Source of the DNA: an uncultured Clostridia bacterium
Lineage (GTDB): Bacteria; Bacillota; Clostridia; Christensenellales; UBA1242
DNA: 64,000 nucleotides
Reading direction: 5' to 3'
Assembly: GCA_944372365.1 (NCBI GenBank)
Contig: CALVYP010000001.1
Coordinates: forward strand, 5,427 to 69,426
This document shows positions 37,393 to 47,284 of this stretch, piece by piece. Position 1 is the first letter of the stretch, and the number at the start of each line of letters is the position of its first letter. The notes beneath the pieces were generated by a model. That model was not told the origin of the DNA. It was given only the letters and a program-made list of their open reading frames with translations, and searched no databases. The position numbers and the translations under genes are program-made.

Positions 37393-38313
37393 ATGAAAAA
37401 GTTAAATTATTATTTTAAAAAGGCAATAAAAAATGGTTTTGCGCTTGGCGCGTTTAATTTTTCAAACCTTGAAACCCTAGTCTCAATCTGCCAAGCCGCT
37501 GAAAAAGCCAACAGCCCAGTTATGGCATGCGTAAGCGAAGGCGCAATCAAATATATGGGCATAGATTTTGTTGTTTCAATGGTTAAAACCGCAAAAAAAC
37601 AATACAAAGCGCCAATTTTTTTACATTTAGATCACGGGCAATCTTTTGAAATGTGCGCTTTGGCAGTTGACAAAGGTTTTGACAGCGTGATGATTGACGC
37701 CAGCGCCCTGCCTTTTGAAGAAAATGTTAAACTAACCAAACGCGTGGTTGACTACGCACACAAAAAAGGCGTTTTTGTTGAAGGCGAGCTTGGGCAAATT
37801 AAAGGCATTGAAGATGAACTTTCAAACGATGAAAATCATTTCACAAATCCTTTGCAAGCACAGCAATTTGTGCAAAAAACAGGCGTTGACAGCCTTGCTG
37901 TTGCCATTGGCACGAGCCATGGAGCATACAAATTTAATGGCGAAGCAAAATTGCGTTTTGATATTTTAAGTGAAATTGAGGCAAAACTTCCATCCTTCCC
38001 GCTTGTTCTGCATGGTGCTTCGTCGGTAAATCAAGATTTTGTAAACCAAATAAATAGTTTAGGTGGTGCACTTGGAAAGCCAAAAGGCGTTGACGAAAAG
38101 TTGACGCATGTTGCAATCACCAAACACAATGTTGTTAAAATAAACATCGACACAGACTTGCGAATGGCATTTACTGCGGCAGTAAGAAGCACTCTGGCAA
38201 CAAATCCGCAAAATTTTGATCCGCGCAAATATCTGCAAGCCGCCAAAGACAATGTGCAGCAAGTGGTTGAACACAAAATTAAAAATCTTTTAAATAGCAA
38301 AAATATGGCATAA
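37393..38313 (+). CDS. fba: Class II fructose-1,6-bisphosphate aldolase
   Basis: FLHLDHGQSFE, SVMIDAS, VEGELGQIKGIED, AVAIGTSHGAYKF and LVLHGASSV match class II FBA motifs. Start at ATG 37393 (MKKLNYYFKKA). Confidence 0.9.
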   Translation: MKKLNYYFKKAIKNGFALGAFNFSNLETLVSICQAAEKANSPVMACVSEGAIKYMGIDFVVSMVKTAKKQYKAPIFLHLDHGQSFEMCALAVDKGFDSVMIDASALPFEENVKLTKRVVDYAHKKGVFVEGELGQIKGIEDELSNDENHFTNPLQAQQFVQKTGVDSLAVAIGTSHGAYKFNGEAKLRFDILSEIEAKLPSFPLVLHGASSVNQDFVNQINSLGGALGKPKGVDEKLTHVAITKHNVVKINIDTDLRMAFTAAVRSTLATNPQNFDPRKYLQAAKDNVQQVVEHKIKNLLNSKNMA

Positions 38314-38339
38314 AAAAAGCAAGCGTTTCGCTTGCTTTT
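38314..38339. terminator. Bidirectional intrinsic terminator
   Basis: AAAAGCAAGCG-TTT-CGCTTGCTTTT hairpin between convergent genes. Confidence 0.75.
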
Positions 38340-40116
38340 ATCTTGTTAAACTATCTGCAGGTCTTTTTCTAGTTGATGGTTTGCTTGCTTTATAAAGTTC
38401 GTTAGCAACTTCTTTTGCATGCTCTTTTGTAGCTCCAACCTTTTCACGAATCAAACCTTTAAGTTCATCGTCCATCTTTTTCTGATCTTCATATTCCAAC
38501 TTTGAAAGCCTTGCTTCTTCTTCTGACAAGATATCCATCATTTTTTGCAAATTTTCACTGTCTACGCCTGCATATCTTTCCTCAAGTATCTTTTCTAAAA
38601 CTTTCATATCCTCTTCGCTTTGACCCAACATGGTAAGTTTGCGGAAAGTTGCCTCGTTGTAACTTCTTCCAATTTTACCAATAATCATTGAAAGCGCTCT
38701 TGCAACTTCTTTGTTGCCTTTTGCATCCTTTTTAGCAAGAATTTTAGCAATTCTAGCAAAATGTTTGCCCTTTTCTTTTGATACATCATAAGCGCTTCTG
38801 CCATAGTCATGGTAAGTTTCGGAATCCAATATGTCCAAATCCTTCACATCTTCAAGAGCCGCATCTTGCGCCTGTTTAATTTGTTTTCTGTCAAGGTTGT
38901 CAAGAGTTTGAACAAGCGGAACAACCAGCATTTGTTGACCGATTATTTTATCTTCTTCACTCAGTTTTTCGCTGTTTTGTAAAATTATTAAATCTGCAAG
39001 CAGCGCTTCAGCAATTTCTTGGTGAGAGTCGATGATTTTGTCTGGTTTTTTATCAAAAATCAATTTGTTAAAATACATCAATGCTGGAACAGCCGCTTTA
39101 AGGCTGTCAATTGCTTCAAACGCCTGCGTTGCATTATCATAGTCTGCTGGTGCTATTCCAACCAAGTTGATGCCATTTTCATCTATCAAAATGAGTGGAT
39201 AGTTTGAACCAACCTGAGTCATTTTTACAGGCAAATCATTGACATTTGCAACCTTTTTGCCAAGCTGATATTCCAAAGTTAAATCATGGAAAAGTGAGCC
39301 TACATTTGCATCATACTTTCCACCATTTGCGTTGAGTTGTTGCAATCTTTTTGTGCTTAATTCAACTGCTTTTTTTCTTACAATGGCATTTTTTTCATCT
39401 GGATTGGATATACTTTCTGCCAAAGGATATGCCAATTCTTTTAAAACTTTGTCTATACTCTGATCTTGAGGCACAATTTTTCTTAATGTTAAAATTGTTG
39501 AAAGCAAAGCAATTGTTTGCTTGTTTTCAATATTTTCGCCTTCAAGTTGTTTGTTGAAATGATTGAGAAGCGAAACAACCAAAAACTTTGCATTGTCATT
39601 TTTAGAAAATTCGATTTCAAAATCTTTTTCTGCTTCAAATTCAATCGAATACCTTTTGCCTTCATCAATTTCTTGAACTTCTCCAAGTGATCTAACCACT
39701 TTATAATATTCGTTGGCAACATCTCTCAAAGATTCATCTTCCGACATAAGATCAATCCACGCATATTTGCCACCATACTTTTCTTTATCTTCACCATATT
39801 TTGCGCTTACTGCCTTGGCGCGCTGCTCTGCCATATCACCAAACATACCCTTGGTGAGAAATTGGATTAAATCTTTTCTCACGCCTGCAAGTGATCTGCC
39901 AGAAAACTGCATTTTGTATTCGCCATTTGAGGTTGGAATCATTTTTACTTCTTTCATTACAAAAGGTAATAAAGTTGCAAGTTCTTCCGATGAAAAAGTA
40001 TACTCTGTTTGACGCAGAGTTTTTCTTGCAGCACCGATAACACCTGCCTTGGTGATTGTGCCAGTGCCGTTGTAAATTGTATCAATATATTCAGAAATAT
40101 TTTTTTGTTTAAACAT
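38338..40116 (-). CDS. Hypothetical cytoplasmic protein (592 aa)
   Basis: Intact ORF with its own promoter and SD AAGGGAGG. No signal peptide, TM helix, nucleotide-binding motif or recognised family. The C-terminus is charged and predicted helical. Confidence 0.75.
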   Translation of the reverse strand: MFKQKNISEYIDTIYNGTGTITKAGVIGAARKTLRQTEYTFSSEELATLLPFVMKEVKMIPTSNGEYKMQFSGRSLAGVRKDLIQFLTKGMFGDMAEQRAKAVSAKYGEDKEKYGGKYAWIDLMSEDESLRDVANEYYKVVRSLGEVQEIDEGKRYSIEFEAEKDFEIEFSKNDNAKFLVVSLLNHFNKQLEGENIENKQTIALLSTILTLRKIVPQDQSIDKVLKELAYPLAESISNPDEKNAIVRKKAVELSTKRLQQLNANGGKYDANVGSLFHDLTLEYQLGKKVANVNDLPVKMTQVGSNYPLILIDENGINLVGIAPADYDNATQAFEAIDSLKAAVPALMYFNKLIFDKKPDKIIDSHQEIAEALLADLIILQNSEKLSEEDKIIGQQMLVVPLVQTLDNLDRKQIKQAQDAALEDVKDLDILDSETYHDYGRSAYDVSKEKGKHFARIAKILAKKDAKGNKEVARALSMIIGKIGRSYNEATFRKLTMLGQSEEDMKVLEKILEERYAGVDSENLQKMMDILSEEEARLSKLEYEDQKKMDDELKGLIREKVGATKEHAKEVANELYKASKPSTRKRPADSLTR

Positions 40117-40137
40117 ATTGCCTCCCTTACACGCTAT

Positions 40138-40166
40138 ATTATATCACCTTTGGAGACAAATTTCAA
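40138..40166 (-). promoter_or_regulatory. Sigma-A promoter
   Basis: The minus strand reads TTGAAA (rc of 40161-40166)-N17-TATAAT (rc of 40138-40143) with an extended -10 TG. Leadered, with an SD. Confidence 0.65.
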
Positions 40167-40180
40167 TATCTTTTGTTAAA

Positions 40181-41188
40181 TTATTGCAAGATCACAAGTA
40201 AATGTTGCATTTTTTGATCTCTGTAATAGCTCACTTCAACTGCATCGCCTGCACTGTGGTTTAGCACAGCCTTTCTTAAATCAAGCAAAGTTTTCACATC
40301 ATCATCGCCAACTTTAACAATTAAATCACCCTTTTTTAACCCCGCCTGCAAGGCCGGCCCGTTGGTTGAGATAACATACACACCGCTGCCATTGAGTTTT
40401 TCGCCATAGGCAAGCGCGATGTCGCTGTCAAAACCAAACACGCCAAGATATGGTGAGTTATAGTCTTCATCTTTGGCTATCTGATCCACCACAATGCTTC
40501 CAATTTCAATAGGAATGGCAAAGCCGATGCCCTCGCCTTGACTTGCTTTTAATGTGTTTATGCCAATAACATGTCCTGCAGAATTTATAAGCGGCCCGCC
40601 AGAATTTCCTGGGTTGATTGCTGCGTCATGTTGAATTAAGCTTTGCAAAAAACTTGTGCCGCCGTCACTTTGAGTTTCCAGCGTGCGATTTGTCGCGCTT
40701 ACAATGCCATGCGTGACGGTGTGTTTAAATTCAAGCGTAAGTGGTGTGCCAAGCGCAAACACCTCTTGCCCGATATATGCATCTCCAGTGTCAACTGCCA
40801 AATATGGAATTTCTCTTGACGAGCGCAACACAGCCATATCAAGCCCTGCGTCTGTCCACAACACTTTGCCGCTGCCGGTAGTTTTGTCGGCATAGTAAAG
40901 CGTTATGTTTTCGCCGCCCTCCACAACATGATTGTTGGTTAAAATAAGTCCGTCACCGCTTATTGCAAACCCGCTTCCGATGGCATAGCCGTCTGGCAGA
41001 TCCACCGATATTCCCACAACCGCGCTTTTTGCCTGCGAAAGCATGTCGCTAAGCGAAGACGCGCTTTCAGTTGTAAGCCTTCTGACATTCATATCAACCG
41101 TTGAGTCGCCATTTTGCGCTTGCCCGCAACCTGCAATAAAAGGAATAATTAACAAAAAACTAAGCAAAAAACAAAAAAATTTCTTCAT
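40181..41188 (-). CDS. htrA: HtrA/DegP-family serine protease with a PDZ domain, lipoprotein-anchored
   Basis: MKKFFCFLLSFLLIIPFIAGCGQ (lipobox). Catalytic His in TNNHVV, Ser in GNSGGPLIN. C-terminal PDZ-like LKKGDLIVKVGDDDV. Confidence 0.9.
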   Translation of the reverse strand: MKKFFCFLLSFLLIIPFIAGCGQAQNGDSTVDMNVRRLTTESASSLSDMLSQAKSAVVGISVDLPDGYAIGSGFAISGDGLILTNNHVVEGGENITLYYADKTTGSGKVLWTDAGLDMAVLRSSREIPYLAVDTGDAYIGQEVFALGTPLTLEFKHTVTHGIVSATNRTLETQSDGGTSFLQSLIQHDAAINPGNSGGPLINSAGHVIGINTLKASQGEGIGFAIPIEIGSIVVDQIAKDEDYNSPYLGVFGFDSDIALAYGEKLNGSGVYVISTNGPALQAGLKKGDLIVKVGDDDVKTLLDLRKAVLNHSAGDAVEVSYYRDQKMQHLLVILQ

Positions 41189-41222
41189 AAAACCCCCTTT
41201 TTGAAGAAGTCATGAAGAAATC

Positions 41223-42005
41223 TTAAAGTTTAAACATCGTGCCTGGGTGTGAGCTTGCCACATCAATTTTGACATGCACACCTTCAATTATGCCATAATC
41301 GCGCAATTTTTGCGAGATGTAGGAGTATGCCAAATCAGGCGTGTTGTTTTCTTTGCTTAAATGTGAAAGCACAATCTGCCTGCTGCCACTTTCAACCAAA
41401 TACTTGATAAAAAGCGCACTTTCGTCGTTGGATAGATGTCCTCTGCCACCCGAGATTCTGTGTTTAAGCGCAAGCGGATAGTTTTTGCCTTCTTTAAGCA
41501 TGATTTTATCATAGTTGGCTTCAAGATATACTAACTGACTTCCCCGAATACTTTCAAGTATTCTATCGCTAGTATGTCCAACATCTGTTAAAATACTTAT
41601 CTTTGCACCATTGTTTTCAAAACAAAATCCAAAACAAGGCACATCATGCGGAACTTCTACTGCATGAACCACCACATCGCGCAAGTTAAAAGTGTCGGTT
41701 TCAAAAAATCGGCGATTTTTTGCAGGAGTTTTTATAAGCTTAAATTTTAAATTATCCCAAACGCTTTTATGTGCAAAAATTGGCTTATCGTATTTATATG
41801 AAAATGCGTCCACGCCTTTTATGTGATCATGATGCTCGTGCGTAACCAAAATTGCATCAATTTCATCAGGGCTAACGCCTATAAGTTTCAGCCGTTTAAC
41901 CGCTTCAGCGCAAGAAAGACCAATGTCAACCAAAAATTTGACTTTTTCGCTTTCAACATATGTCATATTTCCATCGCTGCCAGAGGCCAAGCTTATAATT
42001 CGCAT
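41223..42005 (-). CDS. MBL-fold metallo-hydrolase, YycJ/WalJ-like
   Basis: 260 aa. LASGSDGNMTYVE, VTHEHHDHIKG (HxHxDH) and overall resemblance to Bacillus YycJ. Confidence 0.85.
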   Translation of the reverse strand: MRIISLASGSDGNMTYVESEKVKFLVDIGLSCAEAVKRLKLIGVSPDEIDAILVTHEHHDHIKGVDAFSYKYDKPIFAHKSVWDNLKFKLIKTPAKNRRFFETDTFNLRDVVVHAVEVPHDVPCFGFCFENNGAKISILTDVGHTSDRILESIRGSQLVYLEANYDKIMLKEGKNYPLALKHRISGGRGHLSNDESALFIKYLVESGSRQIVLSHLSKENNTPDLAYSYISQKLRDYGIIEGVHVKIDVASSHPGTMFKL

Positions 42006-42011
42006 GGCAAT

Positions 42012-42040
42012 ATTTTATCACTTTGCAACGAAATTTGCAA
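42012..42040 (-). promoter_or_regulatory. Sigma-A type promoter, leaderless architecture
   Basis: The minus strand reads TTGCAA (42035-42040)-N17-TAAAAT (rc of 42012-42017) with an extended -10 TG. ATG at 42005 is 6 nt downstream, with no SD. Confidence 0.6.
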
Positions 42041-42043
42041 CTT

Positions 42044-44881
42044 TTATTTGTTTTTCAAAATCTTTTTTAAAAACTTTCCTGTAAAGGATTTGGCATTTTC
42101 AGCAACCTGCTCTGGCGTGCCAGTTGCAACAACTTCTCCTCCGCCCGAACCACCTTCTGGCCCAAGATCAATAATCTGATCGGCGCACTTGATCACATCT
42201 AAATTATGTTCGATCACCACAACGCTGTTGCCATTGCCAACAAGCCTGTTTAAAATTTTGATAAGTTTTTTTACATCATACATATGCAAACCTGTGGTTG
42301 GTTCGTCTAAAATATAGAATGTTTTGCCTGTTTCGCGTTTGGCAAGTTCGGTGGCAAGTTTAACCCTTTGCGCTTCACCACCAGAAAGAGTTGTGGCAGG
42401 TTGTCCAAGCTTGATGTAAGAAAGTCCAACATCATAAAGCGCTTGCAACTTGTTTTTTATGCTTGGCACTGCCGCAAAAAATTCAAGCGCTTCTTCAACT
42501 GTCATATCTAAAACATCGGTTATGGTTTTGCCTTTATATTTTACTTCCAAAGTTTCGCGATTATATCTTTTGCCTTTGCACACTTCACACGGCACGGATA
42601 TATCTGGCAAGAAATACATCTCAATTTCTTTGACGCCAGCCCCGTCACAGGCTTCACATCTGCCGCCATGCACATTGAACGAAAATCTGCTTGCAGTAAA
42701 CCCGCGCATTTTAGCATCCGGCGTGGCTGCAAAAAGTTCTCTAATCGGCGTGAAAAGTCCCGTGTAAGTTGCAGGGTTGCTTCGTGGAGTTCTGCCGATC
42801 GGCGCTTGGTCGATGCAAATAACCTTGTCAAGTTGCTCCACACCCTCAATTTTATCAAATTTGCCAAGTTCCAGCTTGCTGCCGTTGAGAGCGTTGGAAA
42901 GATATGGATACACAACTTCATTCACAAGGCTTGATTTTCCACTGCCCGAAACGCCCGTAACAACACTAAGCACGCCAAGTGGAATATCTACATTCATCTT
43001 TTTAAGGTTGTTTTCAGCCGCACCAAAAACCTTTAAATAACCCGACGGCTGCTTGCGAGACGAAGGAATTTCAATCTTTTCTTCTCCGCGCAAAAATTTT
43101 GCAGTGACTGAATTAGGGCTTTTAAGCACATCTTCAAGTGTGCCATTTGCAACAATTTCACCGCCATGCACGCCTGCATATGGCCCGACATCGACAATCC
43201 AATCGGCTTCGCGCATGGTTTCTTCGTCATGCTCCACAACAATAAGCGTGTTGCCAAGATCACGCAAGTTTTTTAGTGTGGCAAGCAGTTTTTCATTGTC
43301 GCGCTGATGAAGGCCTATGCTTGGTTCGTCTAAAATATACAGCACGCCAACAAGCCCCGAGCCAATCTGCGTTGCAAGCCTGATGCGCTGCGACTCTCCG
43401 CCCGAAAGTGTTTCTGCCGAGCGCGAAAGCGTGAGATAACCCAGCCCCACATCGCTTAAAAATTTAAGACGAGCGTTGATTTCTTTTAAAATGCCCTCCG
43501 CCACAACCATTTTGTATTTTGGCAGTTTAAGATTTTGCATATATGGCAAAAGTTCGCTGACAGGCATATCACAAATGTCAATTATATCTTTTCCGTCAAT
43601 TTTTATTGCCAGCGCCGATTGGTTTAACCTTTTTCCATGGCAGACTTTACAAGTTTGATTTCTCAAAAACTTGCCAAGTTCAAAGCGCATAAATTCGCTT
43701 TTTGTTTCCGCCAAGCGGCGTTTTAGATTGTTGATAAGCCCTTCAAAGCTGAGTGCACGCGAGCCACGAAAATGCTCTTCCATCTTGTTTCGGCGAGCAT
43801 CTTTGAAAATATCCATTTTTTCGCCGCCGTTGCCATACAAAAGAATTTGAATGTGCTTTTTTGGCAAATCTTTAACTGGTTTGTCCAATGGAATGTCATA
43901 TTTTTCACTCAGCGCATCAAAATATAGTTTTGCCATGCTGCCTTCTTCATAACGCCAGCCAGTGATGTTAAATGCGCCTTGCGCAATCGTTAAATGTGAA
44001 TTTTTAAGCACAAGCGCTTCGTCTATATCTGCAATCTCGCCAAGCCCCGAGCAGTTCGAGCAAGCTCCAAACGGCGCGTTGAAAGAAAACAGCCTTGGCG
44101 AAATTTCTTCCAGCGTCCAGCCACAAGTTGGACAAGAATAATTGGTGGAGTAAAGTTCTTCGTTTCCATCAAAATCCACAATCGCAAGCCCACCAGCAAG
44201 TTTGATTGCTGTCTCTAAACTTTCGCTAAGCCTTGCTTCAACGCCGTCTTTTAAAATCAACCTGTCGATGACAACTTTTATTTCATGTTTAATGTTTTTG
44301 TCAAGTTCAATTTCTTCATCAAGCGTATATAAAATGCCATCAACAAGCACTCTTACATAGCCGCTTTTTCTTAAAGAATCAAAAAGCTTGGCAAAAGCGC
44401 CCTTTTCCTTTCTGACAACTGGGCTTAAAATTGTAACTTTGCTGCCCTGCGGCTTCGAGATGACATCATCGACAATTTGATCGATTGTTTGACGCGAAAT
44501 TGCTTTATGACAATTTGGGCAATACGCAACCCCAACCCTTGCAAACAACAATCTTAAATAATCATAAATTTCGGTGACAGTTCCAACAGTTGAACGCGGG
44601 TTGTGATTGGTGGTTTTTTGGTCGATGGAAATTGCTGGCGACAAACCTTCAATCGCTTCAACGTCTGGCTTTTGCGCCTGCCCCAAAAACATGCGCGCAT
44701 ATGAAGAAAGACTTTCAATGTATCTTCTCTGCCCCTCTGCAAAGATTGTTCCAAAGGCGAGAGATGTTTTGCCCGAGCCACTTACGCCAGTAAAAACGAT
44801 CAACTTATCTCGTGGAATAGTTAAGTTGATGTTTTTCAAATTATTTTCTTTTGCGCCAATAATTTTAATATTTTCTTCCAT
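42044..44881 (-). CDS. uvrA: Excinuclease ABC subunit A
   Basis: 945 aa. Two ABC modules (GVSGSGKTSLAF and GVSGSGKSSLVN), zinc-finger Cys clusters and LSGGEAQRVKLA. Confidence 0.97.
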   Translation of the reverse strand: MEENIKIIGAKENNLKNINLTIPRDKLIVFTGVSGSGKTSLAFGTIFAEGQRRYIESLSSYARMFLGQAQKPDVEAIEGLSPAISIDQKTTNHNPRSTVGTVTEIYDYLRLLFARVGVAYCPNCHKAISRQTIDQIVDDVISKPQGSKVTILSPVVRKEKGAFAKLFDSLRKSGYVRVLVDGILYTLDEEIELDKNIKHEIKVVIDRLILKDGVEARLSESLETAIKLAGGLAIVDFDGNEELYSTNYSCPTCGWTLEEISPRLFSFNAPFGACSNCSGLGEIADIDEALVLKNSHLTIAQGAFNITGWRYEEGSMAKLYFDALSEKYDIPLDKPVKDLPKKHIQILLYGNGGEKMDIFKDARRNKMEEHFRGSRALSFEGLINNLKRRLAETKSEFMRFELGKFLRNQTCKVCHGKRLNQSALAIKIDGKDIIDICDMPVSELLPYMQNLKLPKYKMVVAEGILKEINARLKFLSDVGLGYLTLSRSAETLSGGESQRIRLATQIGSGLVGVLYILDEPSIGLHQRDNEKLLATLKNLRDLGNTLIVVEHDEETMREADWIVDVGPYAGVHGGEIVANGTLEDVLKSPNSVTAKFLRGEEKIEIPSSRKQPSGYLKVFGAAENNLKKMNVDIPLGVLSVVTGVSGSGKSSLVNEVVYPYLSNALNGSKLELGKFDKIEGVEQLDKVICIDQAPIGRTPRSNPATYTGLFTPIRELFAATPDAKMRGFTASRFSFNVHGGRCEACDGAGVKEIEMYFLPDISVPCEVCKGKRYNRETLEVKYKGKTITDVLDMTVEEALEFFAAVPSIKNKLQALYDVGLSYIKLGQPATTLSGGEAQRVKLATELAKRETGKTFYILDEPTTGLHMYDVKKLIKILNRLVGNGNSVVVIEHNLDVIKCADQIIDLGPEGGSGGGEVVATGTPEQVAENAKSFTGKFLKKILKNK

Positions 44882-44883
44882 TT

Positions 44884-46842
44884 TTAACCCTTTTTTGTTA
44901 ATTTTTTCTTCAAAACCAAAATTTTATTTCTAATTTCAATCGCTCTTTCAAAATCCAGCGAGTTGGATGCCAGTTTCATCATGGCCGTAAGCCTTTCAAT
45001 TTCGGCTGGAATATCCTTTTTAGCAATATCATCATAACCAAGTTTTTTGGTGATTTCAAGTGTGTTTTTAACATTTTTTCTAATTGTGGTTGGAGTGATG
45101 TTATGCTGCTTGTTATACTGCATTTGAATTTCGCGCCTGCGATGAGTTTCATCAATCGCCCTGCGCATAGAATCGGTGATTTCATCGGCATACATGATCG
45201 CCCTGCCATTAGAATTTCTTGCAACCCTGCCCACGGTTTGAATAAGCGCGCCTTCACTTCGCAAAAAACCTTCTTTGTCGGCATCCAAAATTGCCACAAG
45301 TTCAACTTCTGGCATATCCAACCCTTCACGCAAAAGATTGATGCCCACAAGCACATCAAACTCTCCGCTTCGCAAGCCGTTGATAATCTCCACCCTTTCC
45401 ATGGTGTCAATTTCGCTGTGAAGATACTTAACTTTAAACTTTCTGTCGCCCAAGTATGTTGTCAAACTTTCTGCCATCTTTTTTGTGAGAGTTGTGACAA
45501 GCACCCTTGCATTGCGCGCAATGGTTTTGTTGATTTCGCTGATCAAGTCGTCAATCTGCCCTTTGGAAGGTCTCACTTCAATGGTTGGATCAAGCAATCC
45601 CGTTGGCCTGAGCAGCTGCTCCACCACCTGCCCTGCGCGTGAGAGTTCATATTTTGCTGGCGTTGCTGAAACATACAGCGTTTGCCCAAGCCTTTGATTA
45701 AACTCATCAAATTTGAGAGGCCTGTTATCTCGTGCCGCCTCCAACCTAAAACCATATTCCACAAGATTATCTTTTCTTGCCTTGTCGCCGTTATACATCG
45801 CCCTAATCTGTGGAAGAGTCATGTGGCTTTCATCAATAATCGTTAAAAAACCCTTTGGAAAATAATCCATAAGAGTAAACGGCGGCTCGCCCGGCTGCCT
45901 GCCGTCAAAATAGCGTGAGTAGTTTTCAATGCCGTTGCAATAGCCAAGCTCTGACATCATTTCAAGGTCATACGCCACCCTTTGGCCTATGCGCTCGGCT
46001 TCAAGCGGCTTGCCTTCATCCAAAAATTTTTTAATCGCCTTTTCCCTATCTTCACTGATCTCTTTGATCGCGCGTTGCAGCCGTTCGTTGCCCACAGCAT
46101 AGTGCGTTGCAGGATAGATTGCTGCATAGCTTACTTCGTTAAGCATATTGCCGGTGATTGGATCAAACTCAAAAATTTTTTCAATTTCGTCGCCAAAAAA
46201 GCGCACGCGGATTGCCATTTCAGATTGATTTGCAGGAAAAATGTCAAGCGTGTCACCTTTCGCACGAAAAGTTGAGCGCTTAAAATCCATCTCATTGCGC
46301 GTGTATTGGATATCGATAAGTCGCCTTATAATTTCGTCTCTATCAACAATGTCGCCTTTGCGCAAAGAAATGTGCAGATTGTAATATTCTTCTGGGCTGC
46401 CCAAGCCATATATGCAAGAAACCGATGCCACAACAATGGTGTCGTTGCGCTCTAAAAGCGAGGAGGTTGCCGACGAGCGAAGTTTATCAATTTCATCATT
46501 GATTGCCATGTCTTTTTCAATGTAAGTGTCAGTTGAAACAATGTAAGCCTCTGGCTGATAGTAATCATAGTAAGAAACAAAATATTCCACTCGATTTTCA
46601 GGGAAAAACTCCCTAAATTCGTTGCAAAGTTGTGCAGCAAGCGTTTTGTTGTGAGCGATGACCAATGTTGGCCGATTTAACTTAGCGATGATGTTTGCCA
46701 TAGTAAAAGTTTTGCCACTGCCCGTAACGCCCAAAAGCACTTGCTCTTTCAAACCCTCGTCAAAGCCTTCCACAAGTTTTTGAATTGCTTGCGGCTGATC
46801 GCCAGACGGAGAAAAAGGTGCTTTTAACTTAAATTTATCCAT
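44884..46842 (-). CDS. uvrB: Excinuclease ABC subunit B
   Basis: 652 aa. [16 protein letters not shown] box (IIDESHMT), helicase motifs and a C-terminal UVR domain ([13 protein letters not shown]). Confidence 0.97.
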   Translation of the reverse strand: MDKFKLKAPFSPSGDQPQAIQKLVEGFDEGLKEQVLLGVTGSGKTFTMANIIAKLNRPTLVIAHNKTLAAQLCNEFREFFPENRVEYFVSYYDYYQPEAYIVSTDTYIEKDMAINDEIDKLRSSATSSLLERNDTIVVASVSCIYGLGSPEEYYNLHISLRKGDIVDRDEIIRRLIDIQYTRNEMDFKRSTFRAKGDTLDIFPANQSEMAIRVRFFGDEIEKIFEFDPITGNMLNEVSYAAIYPATHYAVGNERLQRAIKEISEDREKAIKKFLDEGKPLEAERIGQRVAYDLEMMSELGYCNGIENYSRYFDGRQPGEPPFTLMDYFPKGFLTIIDESHMTLPQIRAMYNGDKARKDNLVEYGFRLEAARDNRPLKFDEFNQRLGQTLYVSATPAKYELSRAGQVVEQLLRPTGLLDPTIEVRPSKGQIDDLISEINKTIARNARVLVTTLTKKMAESLTTYLGDRKFKVKYLHSEIDTMERVEIINGLRSGEFDVLVGINLLREGLDMPEVELVAILDADKEGFLRSEGALIQTVGRVARNSNGRAIMYADEITDSMRRAIDETHRRREIQMQYNKQHNITPTTIRKNVKNTLEITKKLGYDDIAKKDIPAEIERLTAMMKLASNSLDFERAIEIRNKILVLKKKLTKKG

Positions 46843-46844
46843 AG

Positions 46845-47204
46845 TTATCCTTTAAAAATCATTTTTAAAACTAAACCAAAAATAAAACTGACGGTGGCCA
46901 AAAACAAACTTCTTAGTATAAGCAACCCAAAAGTTTTTTTCTGGCGCTTAGAATCGGCCAAATATGTTTGCCCTTTCTTTTTTAATGTTACACAATAATA
47001 ATAACCCATTTTGCTTTCAGAAACAACAAAATCAATGTAATTTTCATTGGAAAGTTGACTCATGATGTCATCAAGCTCGCTGACAGAAAGCACAAACTTT
47101 TTTGAAAGCGCTGCGGCAATTTCTCCCGGCGAAACAAGACATGTCCGTTTTTTTGGACACACCTTGCACAAATATGCCATAACAAGTTTTTGCTTCCGCG
47201 TCAA
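46845..47204 (-). CDS. Small membrane-anchored winged-helix-like protein, 2 nt upstream of uvrB
   Basis: 119 aa. TTG start with SD GAGGTGA at 6-nt spacing. N-terminal ~75 aa soluble domain, basic linker KRQKK, C-terminal TM helix [20 protein letters not shown]. Same architecture as the ORF at 47979-48341. Confidence 0.6.
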   Translation of the reverse strand: MTRKQKLVMAYLCKVCPKKRTCLVSPGEIAAALSKKFVLSVSELDDIMSQLSNENYIDFVVSESKMGYYYCVTLKKKGQTYLADSKRQKKTFGLLILRSLFLATVSFIFGLVLKMIFKG

Positions 47205-47261
47205 AAAAGTTCACCTCGTTTCGGGCTTACTTTTTTATTTCCTAATAATAAATTTTTACAC

Positions 47262-47284
47262 AAAAAAACCGACGATGTCGGTTT
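47262..47284 (-). terminator. Intrinsic terminator
   Basis: AAACCGAC-loop-GTCGGTTT hairpin, followed on the minus strand by a T-run (A-run 47262-47268 on the + strand). It overlaps the stop of the 190-aa gene. Confidence 0.6.
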
